From Eubacteriales bacterium (GTDB lineage Bacteria > Bacillota > Clostridia > Oscillospirales > QAKW01), in assembly GCA_045546995.1 (NCBI GenBank), contig JAZQDW010000001.1, forward strand, positions 4,156 through 68,155: a stretch of 64,000 nucleotides of DNA, written 5' to 3'. Under the pieces are notes generated by a model that did not search any database, was not told where the DNA came from, and worked only from the letters and a program-made list of their open reading frames with translations. The translations under genes and the position numbers were made by a program. This document shows positions 56,511 to 64,000 of the stretch, one piece after another. Position 1 is the stretch's first letter; each line of letters begins with the position of its first letter.

Positions 56511-57794
56511 ATGAAAAAGAATAGGTTGTCCAAAATCATTACTGTCTTGCTGATGATATGCATTCTGTCCGTTACGGCCGGCGCTCATCCCGGCAGATTG
56601 GACAAAAACGGCGGCCACTATAATCGAAAAACCGGAGAATACCATTATCACAACGGTGGCGGCTCTTCTTCAGGTTCCGGTTCTTCTTCAAGTTCCAGTT
56701 CCTCCTCAAGTTCCGGCTCTTCCTCCGGATCTGCCTCCACGAAACCGACCACGCCAAAGGTAATCTACGCAAATAAAGTCACCGTTTCTGCCACAGGCAA
56801 GGAAATTTTTATCGGAGAGACGCTCACCGCAACGGCAACCGTCTCCCCCTCAAATGCAAAAGACAAAACCCTCACCTGGAAATCTTCCGATGAAAAGATC
56901 GCAACGGTGGATGACGATGGCGTAATCACCGGAAAAGCTGCAGGTACAGTTACGATCACTGCACAAACCAATCGGGGAACAAAAGGCCAAATCGAAGTCA
57001 CGGTCAAAGAGATCAAGGCAGAAAAATTAAGCATTTCCGCAAATCATACAGACGATTTGCACGTTGGTGATACCGTACAGTTAAACGCCGACTTTTTGCC
57101 CAAAAATACGACCAATCAAACGATCACCTGGCAATCTTCCGACCCAAGCATTGCCAAAACCAACCAAAAAGGAAAGGTGACCTGTCTGGCCGTTGGTGAA
57201 GCCACTATCACCGCTGTCGGTAAAGACGTCAGTGCCAAGTTCACCATCGTTGTTAACTCAATTCCTGTTGAAGAGATCAGTATATCTCTGATAAACACGT
57301 CCATCAATTCACCGTTGAGCGGTAATTCCTTTGAAGTGGATACCCCCATCCAATTATCTGCCGTTGTTTCTCCCGCAAACGCAACCGATGCAACCATAGT
57401 TTGGTCTGTCAGCGATGAAACTATTGCAAAAATCGAAAATGATACTCTGATAGGATTAAAAGAGGGCGACTTTACGCTCACCGCCACTGCCGCCGACGGA
57501 TTCACCGAAAGTATTCAACTAAGCGTTTACAAAACAAACTGGTTGCTGATACTGCTCATTTTAGGTGTTATTATGATGATGGGTGCCGGCGTTCTTGCCT
57601 TGATCATCGTTGCAATCTATAAACTTGCAAAAAGAAAGAAACCCAACAGCGTCGTTTTTCCCACAGCGACGGTAACGTCCAACACTCCCGCCGCCGTTGA
57701 CCCCGTTTCCAACATGATCAACAACGCCCGTCAAAAGATCAATTCCATCCGTAAAAACATCCAAGAAATTATCAATCGATTCACTTCAAAATAA
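56511..57794 (+). CDS. YHYH-domain / Big_2-repeat surface protein with C-terminal membrane anchor
   Basis: Signal peptide MKKNRLSKIITVLLMICILSVTAGA. HPGRLDKNGGHYNRKTGEYHYH (YHYH motif). Ser/Gly linker. Four Big_2-like modules (TWKSSDEKIATVDDDG..GTVTITAQ and similar). TM helix LLILLILGVIMMMGAGVLALIIVAIY. Confidence 0.8.
   Translation: MKKNRLSKIITVLLMICILSVTAGAHPGRLDKNGGHYNRKTGEYHYHNGGGSSSGSGSSSSSSSSSSSGSSSGSASTKPTTPKVIYANKVTVSATGKEIFIGETLTATATVSPSNAKDKTLTWKSSDEKIATVDDDGVITGKAAGTVTITAQTNRGTKGQIEVTVKEIKAEKLSISANHTDDLHVGDTVQLNADFLPKNTTNQTITWQSSDPSIAKTNQKGKVTCLAVGEATITAVGKDVSAKFTIVVNSIPVEEISISLINTSINSPLSGNSFEVDTPIQLSAVVSPANATDATIVWSVSDETIAKIENDTLIGLKEGDFTLTATAADGFTESIQLSVYKTNWLLILLILGVIMMMGAGVLALIIVAIYKLAKRKKPNSVVFPTATVTSNTPAAVDPVSNMINNARQKINSIRKNIQEIINRFTSK
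56655..56738 (+). repeat. Ser/Gly low-complexity codon tract (GGGSSSGSGSSSSSSSSSSSGSSSGSAS)
   Basis: 28 codons of TCN/AGY/GGN within CDS 56511..57794. Confidence 0.8.
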
Positions 57795-57806
57795 TAACGC
57801 GCCTTC

Positions 57807-57842
57807 AAAAAACCCGACGAAACAACGTTTCGTCGGGTTTTT
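57807..57842. terminator. bidirectional terminator
   Basis: AAAAAACCCGACGAAAC-aa-CGTTTCGTCGGGTTTTT. Confidence 0.8.
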
Positions 57843-57845
57843 ATC

Positions 57846-58610
57846 TCACAGTGGCTTTCGGGTCAAATACAATACGTAGGTGTCCTCAAACACGAGCTTG
57901 TCCCCCGCCGCCTTGACGGCGTTATACAGCCCATCAAAAAACTTGGTTTTATAGGGTTCGGGGATGGTTATATGATCGCTGTGGGTGCCGCAATAGGCCA
58001 CGTACTCCTCGGCATTCATCTCCCGTTTGCCGTAAAACTCCCGCTTTTCCACCGCAGAAAAGCCGTAGGCGGGGGCGCCGGTATAACCAAAGGGTTTGAT
58101 GGTCTGACGGTAATCGGTTTGAGGCCTGAAATAGGCGTCATACACCTTTTGGATCTCGTCGTACAAGACCTCGTTGGTGCTTTTATATTCCCCTTGGGTC
58201 AGCATCATCGCCAGCACACCGCCGGGCTTTAAGAGCTCAAAGCATTTGGGATAGGCGATCTCCTCACCGATCCATTGGATGGTGGCCGCCGAATAGATGA
58301 GATCAAATTGTTGCATTCCGAAATCGTAGGTGATAAAATCGTCGTTGACCAAGTGAAAATTGGGATGCTTTTCAAACTTGTTTTGCATAAATGCGGCCAG
58401 ATGCTCTCCCAGTTCAATGGCCAAATAGTCACAACCCGTTTCAATGATGGGGCCGCTGGCCTGTCCCGTACCGGGGCCGATCTCCAGCGCCGTTTTGCTT
58501 TCATCCAGTCCCACATAGTCGATCAAAGACCGAAACAGTTCTGCACAATAGCGGGGACGAAACGCATCAAATTGCTCGGGGATAGTATCAAATACTTTTC
58601 TGTATTCCAT
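57846..58610 (-). CDS. class I SAM-dependent methyltransferase
   Basis: Motif I ALEIGPGTGQAS. GGAGGTGA RBS before ATG 58610. Confidence 0.8.
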   Translation of the reverse strand: MEYRKVFDTIPEQFDAFRPRYCAELFRSLIDYVGLDESKTALEIGPGTGQASGPIIETGCDYLAIELGEHLAAFMQNKFEKHPNFHLVNDDFITYDFGMQQFDLIYSAATIQWIGEEIAYPKCFELLKPGGVLAMMLTQGEYKSTNEVLYDEIQKVYDAYFRPQTDYRQTIKPFGYTGAPAYGFSAVEKREFYGKREMNAEEYVAYCGTHSDHITIPEPYKTKFFDGLYNAVKAAGDKLVFEDTYVLYLTRKPL

Positions 58611-58630
58611 ACACGTCACCTCCAATTATA

Positions 58631-60814
58631 TTATTCTACTGCAAAATGACTCAATTGACCGTTCTGCCAGGTCATACAAACCGTTTTGCCGCCGATGCGC
58701 AGACCCTTGATACTGCCGTTTTTCCACAGGGAGGGCAGGGCGGGAAGGAGATGCAATTCTCCCCCTTTTTCCTGCGCCAGCATTTCGTGCACGGCGGCAA
58801 GAAAACCGAAGTTTCCGTCAATTTGAAAGGGCGGGCAGGCACACAGCAGATTTTTGTATATGCCGCCACCCACGCTGCCCTCTTTGGTGTCTACCGCCAA
58901 ACGGGTAAGGGTATCCCCCACTTTCAGCGCCCGATCGCCGTCCCCCAACAGGGCCCATAAACACATTTTCCACACACTGCTCCAACCCGTTCCCTCATCC
59001 CCACGGGCTTCCAACGTTTTGGCGCAAGCCGCAAGTAAAGTCGGATCCTCTGTCAGCTTGGCGGGATAAAAGGCGTACAGATGGGAAAGATGACGGTGGT
59101 GGGGATCCTGCTCCTCTTTTTCCTCTTCCCATTCCAGTATACGACCGTCGGAGCCGATCTCCGGCAGAGCAATCCACGCAAGGCGTTCCGAAAGATAGGC
59201 GGCATACCCCCGCTCCCGTCCCGTGATCTCGCACACCTTGATGCAGATCTCAAAGGCATCCCGCACAATGGCCTGATACATAGCGGAGGCGGCGGTGAGA
59301 GAATGCTTTTCGCCATTCAACATATATTTGTTTTCGGGAGAATTGGCGGGGCAGAATACAAGCATTCCGCTCCTTTCCGTCAGCATACTGTCACAAAATC
59401 GGGCGGAGCCCAAAATGGCATCAAAGGCAGGCCCGTTTAAAAACTCCGAATCTTTTGTATCCAGATAATACTCATACAGATGCCGTGTCAGCCACGCGCC
59501 CGCCAAGGGGAAATAGCCGCAATGGACCATATTTCGGCTCCAATTGCCCACCACGTGGGTGAGGCGCCACAAATCCGTGTTATGTCCCACGCAAAAGCCA
59601 TCGGCGCCGTACATATTTTTTGCCGTCACCTGCCCCGCCTCTGACAGATCGAAGATCAGCGAATGCAACGGCTCACAGCACTCGGCAAGGCCTGCCCCAC
59701 AGGTACCCCAATAGTTCATTTGGGTATTAATATTCACGGTGTAATTACAGCTCCACGGCGGGTGGGGCAGAATATTCCAGATGCCCTGCAAATTGGTTGC
59801 TTGCGTGCCCTCACGGGAGGAGGCAATGGTCAGATACCGCCCAAATTGATACAACAAGGCATATAGTCCGGGATCGGGTTTGTCCATATGCGCCAGCAAG
59901 CGCTCGTCGGTGGGCAGATCCTCTCTGCCGCCCTCCAAGGTAAATTCCACACGGGTAAACAGACGACGATAATCCTCGGTATGACGACAAAGTAATTCTT
60001 CAAAGGTTCTCTCACTTGCCCGATCCAAGATCTCCCCAATGGCGCTCTTATAGTCCATTCCCTCCAAATAGGGATGTTTTTTATATCCCGCAAAGCTCGT
60101 TTTTACGGTAACAAGCATCTCAAGGGAGGTAGCTCCCGTCACCACCAGAGAGTCCTTTGCTTCCCGTAAATCCCCATCGGTACGGACCCGAACGCCGATG
60201 CCGTAGCCCATTCCTTTCTTTTCGGGCTCGTCGCTGTAAATATAACGTTGCTCGGTTTTTATATAAGAGGGAATACCGTTGCCGGGCGCCTCCCCCTCCA
60301 GCCAAAGAGTGCCGTCACTCACCGACACTTCGGGGCGCAACACACCGTCGAGACCAATGGTCAGCTCCGGCAATTTACCTCGGTAACAAATGACCAAAAC
60401 GTCATCGGGATAACTCACAAATGCCCGACGCTCAAAACCGTCAAAGGTCACCGTATGTACCGCCGTCTCAAGGGAAAGGGATCGTTTGTACCGCTTCACC
60501 GGCCCGTACTGCCCTTTAATCACCAGATTACCCGCCGGCAGATAGCACTGGCTATGCTCTCCTAACACCTCATCCGTCATTAACGCTTCAGCTTCGGCGA
60601 TCTTCCCCGCGCGCACCAATCGGGCGATCTCTTGCATCGTATCGGCGGTGTCCTGTGCCGATTGCCTCGGATAGCCTGACCACAATGTGTCATCGTTGAG
60701 GGCATATACGTCCTCTTCCACGCCGCCGTACACCGTGGCGCCCATGCGCCCGTTGCCCAGCACCAGCGCCTCAAAAAAATCTTTGGCGCTTTGATGATAA
60801 AACAACTCGTTCAT
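58631..60814 (-). CDS. GH95-family glycoside hydrolase (alpha-L-fucosidase-like)
   Basis: [31 protein letters not shown]...NDDTLWSG N-terminal GH95 pattern. 727 aa from ATG 60814 (GAAGGTGA RBS). Confidence 0.8.
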   Translation of the reverse strand: MNELFYHQSAKDFFEALVLGNGRMGATVYGGVEEDVYALNDDTLWSGYPRQSAQDTADTMQEIARLVRAGKIAEAEALMTDEVLGEHSQCYLPAGNLVIKGQYGPVKRYKRSLSLETAVHTVTFDGFERRAFVSYPDDVLVICYRGKLPELTIGLDGVLRPEVSVSDGTLWLEGEAPGNGIPSYIKTEQRYIYSDEPEKKGMGYGIGVRVRTDGDLREAKDSLVVTGATSLEMLVTVKTSFAGYKKHPYLEGMDYKSAIGEILDRASERTFEELLCRHTEDYRRLFTRVEFTLEGGREDLPTDERLLAHMDKPDPGLYALLYQFGRYLTIASSREGTQATNLQGIWNILPHPPWSCNYTVNINTQMNYWGTCGAGLAECCEPLHSLIFDLSEAGQVTAKNMYGADGFCVGHNTDLWRLTHVVGNWSRNMVHCGYFPLAGAWLTRHLYEYYLDTKDSEFLNGPAFDAILGSARFCDSMLTERSGMLVFCPANSPENKYMLNGEKHSLTAASAMYQAIVRDAFEICIKVCEITGRERGYAAYLSERLAWIALPEIGSDGRILEWEEEKEEQDPHHRHLSHLYAFYPAKLTEDPTLLAACAKTLEARGDEGTGWSSVWKMCLWALLGDGDRALKVGDTLTRLAVDTKEGSVGGGIYKNLLCACPPFQIDGNFGFLAAVHEMLAQEKGGELHLLPALPSLWKNGSIKGLRIGGKTVCMTWQNGQLSHFAVE

Positions 60815-60891
60815 TTTGTCACCTTCTTTTCTAAAATCATATATCAAAACCCGCAAAATAGCAAGCAAAACAATGTGGACGAAGAAGTAAG

Positions 60892-60925
60892 ACAAAACCG
60901 AGTAAGTCATTTTTGACTTACTCGG
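60892..60925 (-). terminator. Rho-independent terminator of the PHP gene
   Basis: CCGAGTAAGTCA-aaaa-TGACTTACTCGG stem followed by TTTTG on the minus strand. Confidence 0.7.
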
Positions 60926-60932
60926 CTCTCTT

Positions 60933-61754
60933 TTATTTTTTGTTTCTGGCAAGGATCTCGTCCACCGTCAGCAGATCGGCATCGGTGATGCCGCAAAGAT
61001 CAAAGAAATTTTCCACCAAATGCAGTTTGCGATCTTCAGCGGTGTTGTGACTGTCCGAACCGTAGGTAAAGCGGCAACCGCACTCCTTGGCAATGGAATA
61101 AATACGGACGTACTGGCAATGGGGGATCTCTTCTTCAGGCAAATAGATCAAACAGCTTCCGTTCATCTCAATGGCAATGCCCTGCTCCTTGGCGGCGGAA
61201 AAGGCCTCCCGCAGATAGGAATCGGGGATATAGGACTGCACGTCGTTGTATTTAAAGTGGCTGGTACCGGCCACAAAGGGGTGAGCCACCGCCGTAATGC
61301 GGTGTGCCAGCGGATGGGTCACCAGTTGCATAAAACTCTTCATAATCAATTCCGCGTGGGAACGATCATCGGGAATCAGTTCCTTGGGGGCCACCAATCC
61401 CATATGGGTGTGAGAATGAGGAACAATGACGTAATCAAAATCCGCAAAGCCCTCCTCGCTCAAGGCCAGCTTGCCGCCGTAGGCAAATTCCGTTTCACAT
61501 CCAAACAACAGCTTGATGCCGTCCACCTCGCGGTCGGTGGGCAGTTGTTCTTTCAGTTTTAACACGTGGGGAATATTCTGCGGCTCGTACCAGCGGGAGG
61601 CGCCGAGTACGGCGCTGTCCCAAAGATGATCGGCAAAGCCCAGGGTTTTCAGCCCCGTTTTTTTCGCCGCCTCTACGTAGCCCATAAAGGTTGCCTCTTT
61701 ATCCGCGCAGGAAGATAAAGAGGTATGAATATGAATATCACTTGTAATTTTCAC
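60933..61754 (-). CDS. PHP-domain metal-dependent phosphoesterase
   Basis: [11 protein letters not shown] and [12 protein letters not shown] start with a GGGGAG RBS. Confidence 0.75.
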   Translation of the reverse strand: MKITSDIHIHTSLSSCADKEATFMGYVEAAKKTGLKTLGFADHLWDSAVLGASRWYEPQNIPHVLKLKEQLPTDREVDGIKLLFGCETEFAYGGKLALSEEGFADFDYVIVPHSHTHMGLVAPKELIPDDRSHAELIMKSFMQLVTHPLAHRITAVAHPFVAGTSHFKYNDVQSYIPDSYLREAFSAAKEQGIAIEMNGSCLIYLPEEEIPHCQYVRIYSIAKECGCRFTYGSDSHNTAEDRKLHLVENFFDLCGITDADLLTVDEILARNKK

Positions 61755-61884
61755 GGTCAGCTCCCCTTTGTCGCAAGATATGTTCTTATAAAAGTATAAA
61801 ATGGTTTGCGCCGTCTGTCAATCATAAGATGCAAAAATAAAGCATCTTACCGAGGGGGGCAAGACAGAGAGCCGTTCCCTTGTG

Positions 61885-62934
61885 TTATGTTTTATGATGG
61901 GTAAGATTGTCCTTAATGATGTTCTCACCATTGCCGTCGTATACAATGCTCTGTCTGATCGCGCTCTGGAACATCACGTTGCTCTGGATAACTACGGCGG
62001 TAGAGTTGACCATATAAACATCGTAATCGGGACTCCGCGTACCGCGTCCGTCATCGTTTACACCCCATTTGAAGGTGTTTCCGGTAAGCGTTACGTTCTG
62101 CGCATTGTCAAAATATACATGGGAATTTTCATATTCCGAGGCAAATTCCATACCGCCGGGACAACCGGAACGGCGGAAAATATTTCCTGTGATTGTAACA
62201 TCGCGGAACTGTCCGCCTCCGCCAAGTTTGACTGCGGGCCCGAAGGAACGGTCGAAGAAATTACCGGTGATATTGACAGAGTCACCGTTCCGGAACCAAA
62301 AGCCGGATTCGCGGTTCCATTCCACCCGGTTTCCGGTTGCGGTGACGGATGCGGTGAAGGGGCCGCCGAGAATACCGGAGTGTCGGTTGGCGGTAAACCA
62401 GTTATCAATAATAAATGCGTCCCATCCGTCAATATACAGGCCGGCGCCGCCGTTTCGATGGAGCATGGAATGGCGGACCGAGAAGCACCAGATATGTTCA
62501 AGATGTACGCCGTCACCGGAAAAATTACCGACGCGGCAATCGTCAATTGCAGGGGTATCCTCCTCGGAACCACCGTTGTACCGTTCCCAATACAGATAGA
62601 TACCGTGAATGTTTGTTCCGAGTTTTTGTCCGTCGAAACACATTCCGGAGATCGAACAGCCGAACGCGCCGGTGATATCCAGAAGACATACTGCTTCCGG
62701 ATCGTTCAGAAGGAAGACCGAGCTGCCGTCTGCGCGGAAATTCTATGCGGAATCTCCTTCAAGGCGGGTACGGATTCCCATTTTCAGACGTCCGGTCAGA
62801 TATCTTCCTGCCGGGACAACAACTTTTCCTTCCACCTTTGCCGCATCGTCCAGCGCCTGCTGGATTGCAGCGGTACAATCGGTCTTTCCGTCGCCGACGG
62901 CACCATAGGCGGTGATATCAAATACGTTTGTCAT
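61885..62934 (-). pseudogene. pectate-lyase-fold (right-handed beta-helix) protein interrupted by one in-frame TAG
   Basis: N-terminal ORF (62934..62746) MTNVFDITAYGAVGDGKTDCTAAIQQALDDA ends at TAG 62745-62743. The same frame stays open for 33 codons (NFRADGSSVFLLNDPEAVCLLDITGAFGCSISG) into the ORF that the track starts at ATG 62643. Beta-helix turns VTATGNRVEWN, VNITGNFFD, VTITGNIFR, VTLTGNTFK. Confidence 0.7.
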
Positions 62935-62987
62935 AATAACCTCCCGATAAATGTACTGTAGTTGTTTTAATCATTGCTGAAAACACA

Positions 62988-63076
62988 AGAACACAAGGGG
63001 ACGGTTCTCTTGTGTTCTTTGAATTTTCTCACACGGCCTGGGGCTGTCAACACAATAGAACCGTCCCCTTGTGTTG
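62988..63076. repeat. two hairpins with mutually complementary loops (19-bp inverted repeat AACACAAGGGGACGGTTCT / AGAACCGTCCCCTTGTGTT)
   Basis: Hairpin 1: AGAACACAAG(62988-62997)/CTTGTGTTCT(63009-63018). Hairpin 2: CAACACAA(63048-63055)/TTGTGTTG(63069-63076). A degenerate third copy AGAGCCGTTCCCTTGTGTT lies at 61868-61886. Confidence 0.75.
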
Positions 63077-63130
63077 TGGCTTTTGAGCCGTCCGCCTTAT
63101 CGCTTCCGTTTACAGAAACATAATAGATCA

Positions 63131-64000
63131 TTATAACGTCTCCGATTTACTAAATAGAATCTGATTTACGATACCATGCAAATATTCCTGTCTGCCGCTT
63201 GATGGAAGTGCAGGGGCGCCCATATCTTCGGCAATTTTTGCAAGCTCTGAAAGGGTCGTATTGCCATCCACAATTTTTTTGCCGATGCCTGTTTCAAAAC
63301 TTGAATATTTTTCTTTAACAAAGCTGTCAAGTCTGCCGTCTTCGATGATAGATGCTGCCTTAATAAGCCCAAGCGCAAAGGTGTCCATCCCCAAGATAAA
63401 CGCGTGGAACATATCTTCAGCGGTATAACTTGCACGACGTGTTTTTGAATCGAAATTAAAACCGCCCGTAAGACCGCCTGACTTTAGCACCTCGTACATA
63501 CACATCGTTGCATCGTATACGTTGGCAGGGAATTCATCGGTATCCCATCCAAGTAACAGATCTCCTTGATTAGCATCGATTGAACCCAGCATACCGTTCA
63601 TAGCCGAAACACGCAGTTCGTGTTGGAACGTGTGGCCTGCAAGGGTGGCGTGGTTGGCTTCAATATTCATTTTAAAATCTTTATCAAGATCGTATTGACG
63701 TAAAAAGCCGATTGCCGTTGCGGCATCAAAATCGTATTGATGCTTCATAGGCTCCTTCGGCTTGGGTTCAATGTAAAAATCACCCGTAAAGCCAATAGAA
63801 CGACCATAATCAACCGCCATCTTCATAAGCCGGGCAATGTTTTCCTGTTCAAACTTCATATCGGTATTAAGCAACGTTTCGTATCCCTCTCTGCCGCCCC
63901 AGAACACATAACCCTTACCACCAAGTTTTACCGTAAGATCAAGCGCCTTTTTAACCTGTGCCGCCGCGAAACAGAAAACGTCTGCCGAATTTGTGCTGCC
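63131..64000 (-). CDS. xylA: xylose isomerase (5' end beyond the window)
   Basis: [40 protein letters not shown] and GWDTDEFP signatures. The frame stays open to position 64000 (..[21 protein letters not shown]..). Confidence 0.95.
   Translation of the reverse strand, partial: GSTNSADVFCFAAAQVKKALDLTVKLGGKGYVFWGGREGYETLLNTDMKFEQENIARLMKMAVDYGRSIGFTGDFYIEPKPKEPMKHQYDFDAATAIGFLRQYDLDKDFKMNIEANHATLAGHTFQHELRVSAMNGMLGSIDANQGDLLLGWDTDEFPANVYDATMCMYEVLKSGGLTGGFNFDSKTRRASYTAEDMFHAFILGMDTFALGLIKAASIIEDGRLDSFVKEKYSSFETGIGKKIVDGNTTLSELAKIAEDMGAPALPSSGRQEYLHGIVNQILFSKSETL

Noticed and set aside
56655-56738. The Ser/Gly codon tract read as a slipped-strand phase-variation switch.
   Set aside because: The tract uses mixed Ser codons (TCT/TCC/TCA/AGT) and Gly codons rather than a pure mono-, di- or trinucleotide repeat. 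Length changes would stay in frame. It is most simply a flexible linker.
62743-62745. The in-frame TAG read as pyrrolysine or another programmed recoding event.
   Set aside because: No pylTSBCD-like genes and no other in-frame TAGs were seen in the window. A single-transition nonsense mutation or a sequencing error is more parsimonious. It is kept as a finding, but the recoding interpretation is not endorsed.

Overview
This 64-kb chromosomal segment carries about 56 protein-coding genes. No rRNA, tRNA, CRISPR array, transposase, integrase or recognisable defence gene was found by eye. Three lines of evidence suggest a moderately GC-rich Firmicute of the Clostridia, though this is inference only. 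They are SLH-anchored surface proteins, TTGACA-17-TATAAT promoters with GGAGG ribosome-binding sites, and hairpin-plus-T-tract terminators. Content falls into five groups. (1) Housekeeping: purA, birA-proBAC, a glmU-like gene with glmS and glmM, rsmA, secG, prmA-rsmE. (2) Carbohydrate genes: an aldose epimerase, GH2 beta-galactosidase, GH95, a DUF4965 glutaminase-like hydrolase, a partial xylA, ribokinase, a sugar ABC importer and a DeoR-controlled glycerol-kinase-like cluster. (3) Three SLH-domain surface proteins, one a 1643-aa beta-helix/cadherin-like giant, plus a membrane-anchored YHYH/Big_2 protein. (4) Three MATE efflux paralogs and an ABC exporter. (5) Three decayed genes: a frameshifted M14-like peptidase, a beta-helix gene with one in-frame TAG, and an XRE fragment. 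I do not see a convincing new multi-gene system of the defence-island kind. The strongest unexplained signal is non-coding. It is a roughly 95-nt element in two inverted copies (49.2 kb and 51.7 kb), and its 52-nt three-helix hairpin shows compensatory substitutions. The copies bracket a three-gene operon, and each sits about 60-65 nt upstream of a terminator. Other items worth a second look:
- a cluster of DnaA-box-like motifs, phased T-tracts and a palindrome upstream of secG;
- a duplicated 20-bp operator between an XRE regulator and the YHYH/Big_2 gene;
- a GlmU-like protein lacking the uridyltransferase signature;
- an unusual TIM-barrel / Ntn-amidotransferase-like / LURP-one / GtrA operon;
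- loop-complementary hairpins flanking the TAG-interrupted gene.
All calls rest on reading the sequence and on remembered family motifs. No database search was run.
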